This document shows positions 27,905 through 41,500 of a stretch of 64,000 nt of DNA, one piece after another. The notes below the pieces were generated by a model. It was not told the origin of the DNA. It ran no database searches and was given only the letters and a program-made list of their open reading frames with translations. Each line of letters opens with the position of its first letter. The stretch's first letter is position 1. The translations under genes and the position numbers were made by a program. The DNA lies in the NCBI GenBank assembly GCA_964016885.1, contig OZ024744.1, positions 69,378,001 through 69,442,000 of the forward strand, read 5' to 3'. Source of the DNA: Eledone cirrhosa. Taxonomy: Eukaryota.

Positions 27905-28815
27905 AAATTATTGTCCTTAAAGATGTCACTGAAGGGATAGTCCAAGTCCGTACGACAGCAATGTAAGGCTACACATCCATGATACGTTTATTCTCTACTG
28001 TGGAATAATACACACATATATGTCTTCTTACTGTATTGTAAATATACTTGAGAATGAAACACTGTGTAAGAATTAAATTTTGTTTCTAAATATCTGGTCT
28101 ACGCACGTGGCTGCTCGCTAACCAGCGCGCTACTCTATATCGCTGTGTAATAGCTGTTGGCATTTAATGTCCGGATAAAGGTTTTAGGCACTACCACTGT
28201 TACTATCGCGATTTTCTCGCCATGGGACTTGGAGACTAGAGCCGAATGCTACCATTCCATTATACAGCGATGTGAGACTGCTTTTTCTAATAACCAATTT
28301 TTCACTATCTTATTAATTTGTGTTTGAGACACGTTGGCTGAAAGCTTATGACGGGAGCAGAACTATTTAATTTCTAATCTCCTCTCATCACGTAAATTTA
28401 TAAATCGGTGGCTGATCGGCGGACAGAGTTGTATCAGATCCCAGTTGCTAATCACTTTACTGTGTCGGCCGTCACAAGCAGTCATAGCCGGCATGGACTG
28501 GAGTCGAATTCTGTCGATGGATTGGTTATTGGTTAGGCGAAATCCGCGGATGAAGTCACATGCGCCGATTATGCATTGTTGCATAATATATGCGGACAGG
28601 AGGTGCAGTGCACTCTACTGCTGCATTAAATGTGGCAGAAACTCGAGTTCGGGAACTACTGTAGGTACACGTTTACGTGTGTTGTATTGAAGCGAATAAC
28701 TATGTGTGTACTCTGGGAGTGTATTTTACATTACCTATTGAGTACGCTGAGATGCAACCGGTCCTTCCATTGATACCTAGGTTGGGTCGTCAACTTATTA
28801 TTATATATATATATA

Positions 28816-29012
28816 AGTTTATCTCGGGTTCAATCAGGGGTAACCACAGTAAGTAAGGTACTCGATACATAGCAGAGTATAAATATTTAATATAGAAATG
28901 GCTTCTACAGAACTAGAACTGTTTCATTCGGGATAAATCATCAGGAAGCTCTGATGATTTCTCTCGAAATATAGAAATGGCTTCTCCTGTAGAAGCCATT
29001 TCTATATTAAAT
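28816..29012. mobile_element. Miniature fold-back family, copy 1 of 3 (others 45816-46012 and 50410-50596)
   Basis: Shared GTAAGTAAGGTACTC.ATACATAGCAGAGTATAAATATTTAA.ATAGAAATGGCTTCTA..GTTTCATTC followed by an inversion; TA-flanked. Confidence 0.85.
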
Positions 29013-29029
29013 ATATATATACTGTATGT

Positions 29030-32000
29030 ATTTAGGTTCTTCTGGTTTTATAATTTCACAAAGTTCTACCAATAGAGAGAGAGTCGGTTTCTAACATAGA
29101 CACAAGACTCTCTCATTGGAATTTACACACCAACTAGGTAGATATGTATGTATGCATGCATGTGTAGATATGGATGTTATTGTATGTGTGGATGCGTATG
29201 TTTTTAGTTGTATGTGTGCATATGTATATGCTTTGCATCTGTACATGTGTATATGCAGTTATTAGATGCAACATGTTTGGAATGTTTTACATATTTTTAC
29301 TGTTCCATTAATGGATTGTACTTGTAATTTCCTAACTAGGTGTGTTCTTTCTGTTCCTGTGAAGGCTAGCTTCTCAAGATTTGTATTGAGGCAGTTACTA
29401 ACATATCCCAGTGCCCCAATAATCACAGGCATAAATCTGAAGGTGTAATCAGGGTGGAGTATCTGCAGATTTCTCATCAGTTCTGCATAAATATTCTCCT
29501 TTTCACTAATCTTTGATATTATATTGACATCTGCTGGGCAGCTAGTTTCCACTACTATGCATGTTTTCTTCTCCCTGTCCCATATCATAATATCTGGTCT
29601 GTTATGCCTGCATTTTATTGGATTTTACTGGAACATTCCACCTGTACTCTTTCATATTATGTACATGGATGTCTTCCACATTGCTGTAGCTTTTAATGTG
29701 TTTATTATCGGGGCTATCTTTTTTACGAACTGCATTGTACAGTGTTTTGGCCACTACATCATGCCTCATAGGTAGATAGTACCGCGATGACATCTTTGGA
29801 CAGCTGCTGATGATATGGGTGATATCCTCGATGTTAGTCCTGCACAGTTTGCACTTGTTATCACATTTAGGTGTTTTGCCTGCATCCCGATCTCTTTTGT
29901 GAATCAGGTATTTCGTGTTAATCTCCTGTTCTTGGATTGCAAAAACGTATCCTTCAAAGTGGGAGCCAATATAGCGGTTGTTGGTCCAAGATAGACTACT
30001 TTCCTTATCTATATTACTCTCACTCTGGAGCTCCCTGGCAACATATCCATGCATGATTTTTTGCTGATAAGTATGTAGTTTTTCATCCATGGATTCACTG
30101 CGATACTGCTGAGCGACTTCCTTGGGTGTGAGTTTTGGATTATCACACAGGGAAATCTCTCGAGGAGTTCCTTCCCAACTCTCATGATCTTATCTGTTTC
30201 ATGCAGATAGACTTGCTCGAGAGACGGGCTCCTACGCTTCGAGGTTCGTAGATGTTGTCGGAGAGATATGATGCGACATTTAAATGTTGTCTGGACTGAT
30301 GTTAGGCCTCTGCCTCCCTGCTTACGTTTCAAGTAAAAGTGGTCTATGTCACTGTTGATGTGGAAGTTTCCGGTGTTGTTTAGTATTTTTCGAGTTCCAA
30401 CATCAACTGCTCGGATTTCGTCTATCGTCCAATTGAGTCCTCCAAACGTTGGTGTTAGGACAGGCACAGCAAACACATTGTGAGACTGTTTTTTTTTGCG
30501 CAGAGAGTTCCGATGACCAAATCTTTCTTAATCGGGTGTAGTATTCCCTGGTTACGCGTTCTTTATTACATATACCATTATAGGATATGTTCTCATCTAT
30601 CCCTAGGTATCTGTAGCAGTCCTCATTAGATATCGGTGAAACAGTTAGGCCATTGATGACAGTGTTGCTAGATTGGGTTGTTGTTTTTCCCCGCTTTACA
30701 GTCATGTATGAGCATTTATCTTGGCCAAACTCCATTCCTATATCCTTTGAGAACGTTGTAACCAGGTCAAGATTTTTCTTTATCCCATCCATGTTCTTGG
30801 CATAGAGTTTCAGATCGTGCACAAAGAAATTATGGGTTAGGTTCGTATTTCTGTCCTCCTGTGAGCCAATGAGGTATCCTTCACATTTCTTGAGCAGAAA
30901 GGACAAGGGGTTTAATGACAAGATGAATAATATCACAGAGAAACTGTCCCCCTGAAATATACCCCTGCAATATTTTATTTTATCAGTGAAAATAGAGTCC
31001 TCCCTCTCTGTCTATAACCTTAGGATAGTAGCCCAAGAAGAAGACAGCCTCTCTATGGCTCTGACAATAATGTCTGGGACTTTAGCAAGTTGGAGGACCT
31101 CTATCATCCAAGAGTGGGGAACAGAATCGAAAGCTTTCCTGTAGTCCAGCCAGACTGTAGCCATATTCCTCCTAAGTTGTCGCACCTCCGACATCTCAGT
31201 TTTGTTGATTAGGAGTTGTTCAGCACATCCCCAAACCCTTTCTTTCCAGCTGCTTGTTCATCTGTGATGATGTTATTATTTTCACAGTGATCTTGGCGGA
31301 ATCGGTTCAGGCAGGCTGTATACATCTTATACATCAGGTTCTGGCATGCAATGGGTCGGTAGTTTTTTGCCAAGTGGGTGTCTTTGTTCTTGGGGACCAG
31401 TAATGTTTGTGCTAATGTCAACCATTCTGGTATAAGTGTATCTCCTTTGTTGGTAGAGGTCAGTAAGATACCTCCGATAGAATGTCAATTTTTTTCTACC
31501 AGTAGCCGACAATCATGTCTCTTCCTGGTGTTTTCTTATCATGGAGTTTTTCCTATCACAGTCTCAAGGGTACCCTCACTTATTTCGTATGTTTTTGTTG
31601 AAGTGTAGGAGCAATCATTTTTTCAGATTTCTCTTAGCCACACTGCATCTTGGTTGAAATTCTTCTTTTCACCCCATATTTTGCTCCAAAAGGAATCTAT
31701 GTCTTTCTGGGATGGGGCCTCAGTGACACTTATTATTTTCCCCTTCATATCTCTATAGACTGATGTTTGGTTTCGTCTGAATCTTTTATTAAGCACTTTT
31801 CTCTCATCTACCTTCTTCAGGTATCGGCGTTTTTCGCTGACAACTCTCAATTCTTGTTTGAGGGTGATCAGCTTATATTGGAGAGTTCTGGTTCTACTGT
31901 TACCAAACATCGTCTCTATTTTATTTTTCACTCTTTGTTGGTGAGGAATGAGGTTTTTTTGTGTTTGTTTGCATGTAAGGAGCATTGTCACATATCCTAT

Positions 32001-33140
32001 GTTTTTTCGTAGGTCATCAATCTTTTTTTCTATTTTAATTATATATGATAGTATTTTTGGTGGTGTTCTGTTCTTGTTAATATCTCTGCTATCATCAAGA
32101 TAATGCTTCACTGTCGTTGCTAAGGCATATAAACAGGTGTTGATTTGCCAAAATGTTGGGGTTTTTATCCGTCGTAAATATTCATCCCCTATTTCGTCAA
32201 TAGCACGTAATATTTCATTATTTGGTCTTTTATTAAACATTGTCGTTTTAATACGTTCAACAAGAGAGATATTTATACATGAATTAATTTCTCTCTGGAA
32301 GATTTCGTTGAGGGAAAATTTCAATTGTTTATACTTTTGAATCGATAGTATTTTCCACAACAGTCGAGGTAGACTCGGATGGTACACGTGGTGTCAAATT
32401 TATTCGATTATTATTATTATTTCTTCGATTATTATTATTATCGATAGTGTTTTCCCCAGCATTTGAGGTAGACTTAGATGGTACATGTGATGTCAAGTTT
32501 CTTACAGGCATAGTTGTTTCAAGGCGCTGTTCGAACTGGCCGCTAGGAAGTCTAGTAGCATGGCGACCTGTAGCACGTGTTGTTGATAACATGTTTGTTG
32601 TGGGGGACTTACAATTAATAATATTTATCTTATTTTTACGTTCAACAAACATCGCTTGTTGGCGTAATTGTTTCGCTGTGAAATAATTTAGCTCTGGGTG
32701 TATTTCGTCCCAGTGTAGCTTCATTCTGTTCATATAGCCAATGGAGGGATTGTTTTTTGCCATTTTATAACAATTAAATAAATCATCATTAAGTTTGCAA
32801 CTCCAAGTGAAATGCGATTTATAATTTCGGTTTCTTCTGTAGCTACAACTGAATAAAGTTTGTTTACCTTCCTTGTTATTTGTCTTCGGTACTTCCATAA
32901 TTTTGTTGTTGATGTTGTGTTCAGCCATGCTGTTTGTAGCAAATCCTTGTAAAATGAATTATGTATTTAGTCGGATATCTCCACGAATTCGAATAAAAGG
33001 TGTCTTCAGAAGATATAGTTAGAAGAATAACCAGTTATTCAACATGACTGTAGTTGTGGCATTACTGTTGGAGATAGTATTCATCTTAAATTTAATAAAT
33101 AGTCTACCACGCTAAAATATGCGACTGATCTTGTTGACTG
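29030..33140 (-). mobile_element. Near full-length, frameshifted R4/Dong-type LINE (RT + CCHC + RLE)
   Basis: NYRPIACQNLMYK, WLDYRKAFDSVPHSW, GIFQGDSFS, FVHDLKLY, CKLC..HIISSC, RHD, PD(I)MIWD..ETSCP..MPVIIGALG; (TATG)n or TACATACA at the ends. Confidence 0.93.
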
Positions 33141-33562
33141 TATGTATGTATGTATGTATGTATGTATGTATGTATGTATGTATGTATGTATGTATGTATG
33201 TATGTATGCATGCATGTATGTCCAATCCAATCCAGGGCCTTCTCACTCCTGTTGGAAGAACTCCTCTCAGGCCGACATCGACTGCTTTTTGTTCGGTTGT
33301 CATTACGTGAGGAGTATAGCCTCTCACATGCTTCGCCAATTGCATGTTGATGAGGCCATTTGACCTATGGTTGGCGTGGTTTGTCGTTAAGAAGTTCACC
33401 TGCACTTTTAACAGCTCATGTATTTTGTATTGTTAGGGTTCGACTAAACCTCCTCATCCAGGTTTGGTGGGAGAGCCAGTTTAGGCGCCGACCACTTTAT
33501 TATGAAGCAGATTTTACTGAGTTACATGGTAGCACTAGCAAGCAGAAGTCTCACTTGACCAA

Positions 33563-33595
<33 letters not shown>

Positions 33596-33599
33596 CCAC

Positions 33600-36480
33600 C
33601 TCAATGTATATGGAGCTCAGTTCTGGCATGAGAACCCATTGTGTATTTTTAGATCAGACATACTTTTAAAATGTCGTCCGTATAAATTAGACTTTAGTTT
33701 CGGTGTAGCTTCAACTGCCTGAGTTGTCTGATCTTGATGAACCCTGAAATATCTCTTTAGACCTCCTTTAGATTTGCATATTTTGTGACACATGTGGCAT
33801 TGATATGTGTGAACTGATTGGTATGTTCTGAGGTCAGTAGGAAGTGTTCTACTGTGTGCTCTCATGTGAGAGTCCAGCTTTTGACAGGCAGATTTTGCCA
33901 CAAACTGTACAAGTAGAAAAAGTCCCATTAATTTCGTATTCACTTACTGGTTGTTTTTTCCTGATATTCCTCTTAATATTTACTTTCATTAATCTATTTT
34001 GCTCAAACGTTTTCACATCATCCCATATTTTTGAGCGCCAGCTAAAGCGATCCATTGCAAGCCTTTCCAAGTTATTTTTATTGATTCCTACATTCTTCAA
34101 GTTTTTCCCCAATGCATCCTTGAACCTTTCAGAATTTTCAGAATTATTGCCTGGATGGAACAAATAATAGATGCAGCTAATACGTCAGAGTAATTAGTGA
34201 ATGAATTCCATTTTATTTTTAGAATATGACGTAAACGTTTTTGGTGGAATCTTTCCAGGAGTCTAATGTGATATTTGTAACGTCGAACTTTCAGACGATT
34301 ACAGAAGAGAGGATAATACAAAAGCTCTATAAACAGATATTTTTGTTTCGATCTTGATGTCTTTGTGACCAAACCCGTGACTCTAAATTACCAAATGATT
34401 TTGCTGCCTTTTAAATCCTTAGAGATATTTCTGGATCCAATGCATCATATTTACTCATTGTGCTTCCATGATGTATTAATAATTGAACAACCTTAAGATA
34501 TATATTTTCAGTTGGTCCACAACTTGATCAAGGTCAAGTTGATATAAAACTACCGTTTTCTTTAAGTTTATGGTCAAACCAAATATATCACATACCGAAT
34601 CAAATGCAGAGATCAACTATTGCAATCCATGCTCAGTATGACTGACAAGGTCACAGTTATCAATATATAGAAAATCTCTTATTAGTGAAGTGAACATTTT
34701 AGTCTTAACTTTCATTCGTGATAAATTGAAGAAATTTCCTGTTGTATGAATTCAAGAAATTATTGAAGAAATTTCCTGTTGTATCTTAAATACACCCCTT
34801 CATTGTTGTTTTGGAAAACGTGAGAGAGCATGGCAGCAAAATATATTGCAGCAAAGAGAGTAGGTGCATCAAGGTCCCCCCGTTCCACACTATTTTCCAC
34901 TGCAAAAAGCTCAGTGTGTCTCCAAAGTTAACTCTGGATTTCATGTCTGTGTAGAGAGCTTTCAATAAATTCACAAACTTTTGAGGGCATTCAAATTTAG
35001 ACAAATACATATAACGAATGCCTTACTCAGATCAACGAAACAGTGGTAAAGGGCAATGCTCTGTTCAATACATTTTTCTTGCAGTTGTCTGATTGTGACG
35101 ATCATATTATTAGTGCCTCTTTTCGCACGAATACCACATTCTGACTCTGATACGACTCTTGGCACAATGAACTTATTAAGCCGTTTCAAAATAAAATAAC
35201 AACAGACAATAGAGAAATGTCCCTAAAATTATCACATTGGTCTTTGGTACTAGAATTGAAAAGGGTGACTAGTATAGCATCAACCCAGTCATGTGGTACT
35301 TCATCCTTCCTCCATCTATAGTGTATTAGAGTGTGTAAAAGTTCTACAATTTTCTCCTCTCCATGTTTGAGAACCTCAGGATTAATGCCATCCAGGCCAG
35401 GAGATTTATTGTTGTTTAATTTCTGTACAGCAGAAGTAATGTCATTTCTATTTGGTTCTTATACCATTTCATTTACAATTGTGGAGCTTTTCGATAATGT
35501 TTATGTTGACATTAGAGGGCCAGTAAGAAGTTCAGAGAAGTGTTCTACCCAGCAGTTCTGAATGGAGACAATATCAGTCAAAAATGACTGCAGTTCTTAC
35601 AGGTGATATTGAGGAGGATTGTGGACCATACACTTTTTTAATGTATGAGAAAAATGCCTTTGTGTCCTTGTAATTTACTGCTTCTTGTGCTTGTTTGGCT
35701 TGGTCCTACCACCATTGTTGTTTAATATTTCTCAAAGCATTTTGCACTTTTCTTTTTAGTCGCTTATCAGAGTTAATACAATTAGGACTGATTGGTTGAG
35801 AAAGAAGTTTTTGACAAAGATTTTGTTTGTCCCTAAGTAAGTCGCATATTTCAGAGTTTTTATCTGTAACCCAATCATTGGATCTCTTTGATCTCATACC
35901 TACTGATGCAGATGTTACCTGGAAGACTTTTATCTTAAAATATTCTCAAAGGTTGCTCGAGTCAAGTGTCACTATTTTCCGATGCATTAGGAAAATTGTG
36001 GACGGCATCGAAAGACTTGGAATTTGCCACATTAAGTTTCTTTGGTACTTTAGTCCCAGAGTGTCTAGTTTTTGGTATTATAGTTAGATTGAGTTTTGCC
36101 CTGACTAGCACTCTACTCCTCTCATGGAGCGCACACTGCATACGTATTTTGCATCACATTTTTAGCCAAGATGTAATCAATGAGGTGCCAGTCTTTAGAC
36201 CTTGGGTACATCTAAGTTGTTTAAACTTATCCTTCTGTTGAAAGAAAGTGTTTGCTATTACAAGTTGATGTTCAGTGAAAAAAGTGATGAATGAAATACC
36301 ATTTCGGTTACATTTTCCCACACCATGTTTACCCATGGCCGATCATGTCATGAGATCAGATCCGACCCTTGGGTTGAAGATACCCACAATTACCAGCTTA
36401 TCAGCAGCTGGCATAATTCTCCAAGTTCGCTGTATAATTGTTGAATAGATTCTTCCGGGTCTGAAGTTGTAGTAGCATAA
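33600..36480 (-). mobile_element. Decayed RTE-clade LINE (APE, RT, C-terminal C2H2-like fingers)
   Basis: GKHGVGKCNRNG..LVIANTFFQQK; ESECGIR..QLQEKCIEQ..FVDLSKAF; LERFHQKRLRHILKIKW; CTVCGKICLSKAGLSH; CHMCHKICKSKGGL. Confidence 0.92.
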
Positions 36481-36528
36481 ACATCTTCCTTTTTTCATAT
36501 GTAGACGACATGATGCTTACATATATAT

Positions 36529-36617
<89 letters not shown>

Positions 36618-38140
36618 GGAGAGAGAGGGGGGGAGAGAGATGAACAGCAGAATGTTCCTATCATGCAAGTGTTTCGACCCTTAACTCCTTCAACTTTAAG
36701 GAAGCCAGGCCACATCCAGGTCATGACTCCGAAATTTCCTTCTGCTGACGCTTTTTAACCACTTGATATCGGTAACTTTTGTACTTAAACCGTATGGAGA
36801 AGGGATATTTAATTTGTTGGAAATACAACAAATATAAATGTTTATAACTGATTCAGAGCACTCGACAAGTTTCTGGAGTAAATATTCAATGATATTAAAT
36901 AAATGGAAACTATATTCATAAAACCATATTTATTCTATTATATATATTTCAAGGGTACCAAAATGTTGGTACGCTATCATCAGATAAAATACAAAATGTT
37001 TTATAAATATTTGACATAACCAAGGATAATATACCCTAAAGGCTCAAGTTATCCATGGAAAGTGAAAGGAAGAGAAAAAACCCCAGATATTTAAAATTAT
37101 TAATATGAGTATACAAATGAGGTTTATGTAAAAGGGCTGAAAAAACGTTATTTTAAACGCTATGGATAATTTAAATAATTATGATAAGTTATTGTATGCA
37201 TAGGAAGGAAGAGAAAGGAATAACGTTAATTTGAGGGAAAAGATTATGAGTTATAATATTGTATATATAATCAAATAGATTATATGAAGAATTATGGTTG
37301 TAGGTATTTTTATCTTATTACATTAGAATAGGTTATGTGTATATAAATATCTATATATATAATAATAAGTTGCGTATGTATTGATTGTTTATATATCAAA
37401 TATGAGTTACGAAGGAAGTTGAAACTGTATTTTCAAGTTGTGAGAGTAGAATAATTTGTGGATTCAAAAAATGTTGTTCAACATTGAAAATGTTTTCAGA
37501 ATATTGTTAATTTAACGAAGCTATGTAGATTATAAAACAAAAAATCGTTAAAGAAGAAGGAAAAGGTAAAGGAAGACAACTTATAACTTTAATTTGGGGG
37601 AAATATATTCAGACATTTGTCTATATTATGTATATATTTATATGGAGAATTATGTTTGTAAGTATTTATCTTATTATAATAATATATAAATAATAGCATA
37701 TGTATTTTTATTAAAAGTATAATTTGTTTATGATATGAGTTACGAGGGAAGTTGATTTTGTGTTTATAAATAAATAAATAAATAGGTAGTTCAAGTTATA
37801 GGTGGTTGTTCGTAATATGAGTTACTAGGGAAGTTGATTTTGCATTTTATTTAAATAAATAGGTAGTTAAAATTGATAATGTTTTAAATTAAATTAACGG
37901 AGTTATGTATAAAAAGTTTTTATGATTGAAAAAAGGAAAGATAACTCCGATTTTTTTGCTAATCGTTAGTGTGGGATTAATTATTTAGTCTAAAGAAATA
38001 TGAATGTTTAAACATCGTCTTGAATAGGGTACAGTTTGTTAAAAGCAGTTAATGGTTATTAATCTACGTTTAAAAGTTAGCTTTAGAGGGTGTCATTGGA
38101 AAAATAAAGAATTAAGAAAAAAAAAAAATTATGATAAAAT

Positions 38141-38320
38141 AAAAAATTAAAAAATTAAAAAATTAAAAAATTAAAAAATTAAAAAATTAAAAAATTAAAA
38201 AATTAAAAAATTAAAAAATTAAAAAATTAAAAAATTAAAAAAATTAAAAAATTAAAAAATTAAAAAATTAAAAAATTAAAAAATTAAAAAATTAAAAAAT
38301 TAAAAAATTAAAATTAAAAT
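38141..38320. repeat. (AAAAAATT)n octamer array
   Basis: About 20 direct copies visible. Confidence 0.95.
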
Positions 38321-38581
38321 TAGAATTATATAGAAGTACATAAATATATATAAATATCTATACACATACATATATATTATAAGAAATTTTAGAGATATTA
38401 GGATTTAGAGATATTAATATATTAAAAGTATTAAAAATATAAATTGTTAAAGCAGATAGGATCATTATGGAGATTAATAGGAATATTATAAGTATATTAT
38501 AAGTTACATATAGTTCTGAATGTAGAATTTTGGCGATGTCTCCAAGAACTAAATATCTCTGTTCTGAGATTAATAGTGTCA

Positions 38582-38773
38582 TCTATATATGCTTAAACTT
38601 TAATCTGTTATTTTAATATATATATAATTATATATTCGTGTACAGATATTTTTGCATATAATAACAAAATATAAACAAACGTATTTATTTCTCGAGGCTT
38701 GATAAGGATAAATATATATCAAATATATAAGAACCCTAGAGCAAATCCTGAGCAACGCCGGGCCATTCTGCTA

Positions 38774-38774
<1 letters not shown>
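38582..38774 (+). mobile_element. Short non-autonomous Helitron-like element
   Basis: A|TCTATATAT start, 3' hairpin CCTGAGCAACGCCGGG, CTAG|T end; reverse complement of 13334-13590 apart from TA length. Confidence 0.75.
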
Positions 38775-38833
<59 letters not shown>

Positions 38834-40259
38834 CAAAAATAAAAATGCTGATGTTACATAAATCGTTTAATTATTATAATTATTTACACGGTTCTCCCAT
38901 GCAATCAAGAACTTTTTCATGCATTTGTTGTTATGAGAACGGTATGCTCAGATGAAACCCGATATGACTTTCTATGTACCAATCAAAGACTCCCCATAGA
39001 TAAAGTAAGTGATAATATCAAATAAATTATAAATGAGCAGACCTGGCGATCTTTGTCACAGTAAAAACATGTACCAACATCAATATCAACAGGATACATC
39101 AAATAATATATGTAGCAGCCAGGATGTTGATTTTGTTTTATAAATAAACAAAATAAAATCAGTATTCGTTCAACCACTTATTTATATAAAGATCTGAACT
39201 CATGTAAAATACATGGAAAACTTGCATACAGCAAGAAAATAAAAAATTATATATCTCCAACCGTAATAAAATCAACAACGAAAAGTCACAAATATGAAAA
39301 GAACAGAGAGAAAAATATTACAAAAATATATATACGAGAAAGAAAAAGAAGAAATTTTCGAAATCAAAAAACGCATGAAACAAGAGATCATGGCTAAATC
39401 ACAAATAATTCGTTAGAGTGAAAAAAGACAACGTCGTTTTGAATAAAACAAGTAACTGTAGGTCAACCCAAAGTAAAATTAAAACAGAAATCAATGCAAC
39501 ACCGAACAACAAGTAAAATAGAATTTTGTGAATGAGTATGAACAACGAAGGGATCTCCAGAGACAAATATATTCAAAGCAACAAGCACAGCTACTGAACA
39601 ATTGTGGGAAAAATCACAATTTACAAATTAGCCCAGAAGTCACAGATCGTTCGCTGCTGGAAATCAAAAGTAAATCATAAGATTCAAAATTTCTGCTTAA
39701 AATATCTAAAGGTACAGACAAAACATTTGAAAAGTGTATTCATAAAGTATTTGTTAACATATTCAATAATTTACTTAACAACCAAAAGCAACACACGAAT
39801 GGCCTAACGAAGAAAACATTATCTATAAATAAATGTGCACGAATTCCGTCCTTCGCACAATGTGAGTATATGTGTGTGTGTTTGTGTGAATGTGTATGTG
39901 TGTAAAAGGGAAGAAGTGGATGGTGAAAAAAAATATAGCGAAACTGCGGCTGGCGTTCTATTTGCTACGCAGTGTGTGAGTGTATGTGTATGTGTGTGTT
40001 TGTGTAAATGTATGTCTGTGTGTTGTGTGAATGTATGTCTGAGAGTGTGTATTTTTGTAAGTATGTCTGTGTTTTCACGTTTATATTTATATACTCATAC
40101 ATATAAATGTATGCATATGCACATACAAACACGTACACACATATACACATACGCGCGAGCGTCTTGATAAATCCTAGTCGTAAACAAAACCAAAACAATG
40201 ATTAAAATGTAAAACCCAAACACTACAGGTTTCACATTTGCCTGCTTACAGTAGATAAT

Positions 40260-40652
40260 TGTTTCTACTTTTGGCACAAGGCCAGCAATTTACAGTGTAT
40301 TACTGGTACTTCATTTTATCGACCCCGTAAGGATGAAAGGCAAAGTTAACCTTGGCGGGATTTGAACTCAGAATGGCAAGAGCCGTAACTCTATGCGTCA
40401 AAGCATGGCGTCCGACCCTCTACCGATACTGCCAAAATGGTTTCTTATATAGGCACAAGGCCAGCAATTTGGCGGGAGAGGAAAGTCAATTAAATCGACC
40501 CCAGTGCGTGACTAGTACTTTATTTTATCGACCCCGTAAGGATGAAAGGCAAAGTTAACCGCGATGGGATTTGAACTAAAAACTTAAAGGGCGGTAACTC
40601 TATGCCGCAAAGCATGGCGTCCGACACTCTACCGATACTGCCATTCCACCGC
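40260..40652 (-). mobile_element. SINE dimer bounded by one 19-bp TSD
   Basis: Two SINE units; CCTGCTTACAGTAGATAAT at 40241-40259 and 40653-40671. Confidence 0.9.
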
Positions 40653-41159
40653 CCTGCTTACAGTAGATAATACCTTTATAACGTTATTGCCAAGGACACC
40701 TAGTCACATGGAAATCTATTACTTCTAGAAGAATTGAAAGGATACAACAAAGATTCATACGGGTGTTAAAGATCAGTTATTGAACAATAAACTCATAACT
40801 GAAAGCTGTAGGGGAGAGAAAGAAAGGTTTAAACATAACACTGATTATCAGTAGCCTTTTGGTCAGGCTTTCTCTTTCATTGATCGCAGATCAATTAACT
40901 ATGAGTTGACTAGCAACAACATTGAGCAGTAATATCAAAAATGCTATGAATAAAGGGGGAAAATATAGAATCATATAATCGTTATATATCCCTCTTAGAA
41001 GAGGAATTTTTGAAGAGAATCTTCTCTCTTTAAACTAGAAAGTGAGATAAATGTGACAATAAATCATATATATGTATGAATTTAAGTTGTATGCTAAAGA
41101 TTTTATTTAACTTTGTAATTCTGGAAGGGTGTGTTTGTGGTTTACACAGATCCTTCGAG

Positions 41160-41500
41160 ATTCTTCTTATCGTGACCACAAGAGTGTCAGCTACAAAGCT
41201 AGGATAGATGTGGTTCAGCCACAGCTGAACACGTTGCTGTCCTTTCTCATTAAACTTTGACAAGTCCAATGCTGTGCAGGGGTGTTCCAGCAGGGACCAT
41301 ATCAGGAGGTGCTGCATAGTCTGTGGTTCGATGCCGCAGTCACACACAACGTCCCCCATCATTTAAATATCCCCATTTTGCAAGATTGGCTTTTGCACGA
41401 CTAACACTAGATCTTAATCTGTTGAGGCATTTCCACACTGCATAGTTTGTATCTGTTCCGGGGTGGGGCAGTGCCTCGCTCGCCTTTAGCTCCTTCGACA
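41160..41500 (-). pseudogene. Non-LTR retrotransposon 3' end with CCHC-like motif (clade uncertain)
   Basis: WKCLNRLRS..KANLAKWGY..CDCGIEPQTMQHLL. Confidence 0.7.

Noticed and set aside
33420-33560. HDV-like ribozyme upstream of the R4 element
   Set aside because: A hairpin followed by CTAA is suggestive, but P1/P2/P3 pseudoknot pairings could not be built by eye.
36760-38580. Mitochondrial insertion (NUMT)
   Set aside because: No recognisable mitochondrial protein, rRNA or tRNA sequence.
38868-38955. Minus-strand hammerhead relic (CTGAGCA..GTAAA-TAATTA-TA)
   Set aside because: Both core boxes are mutated; too degenerate to call.
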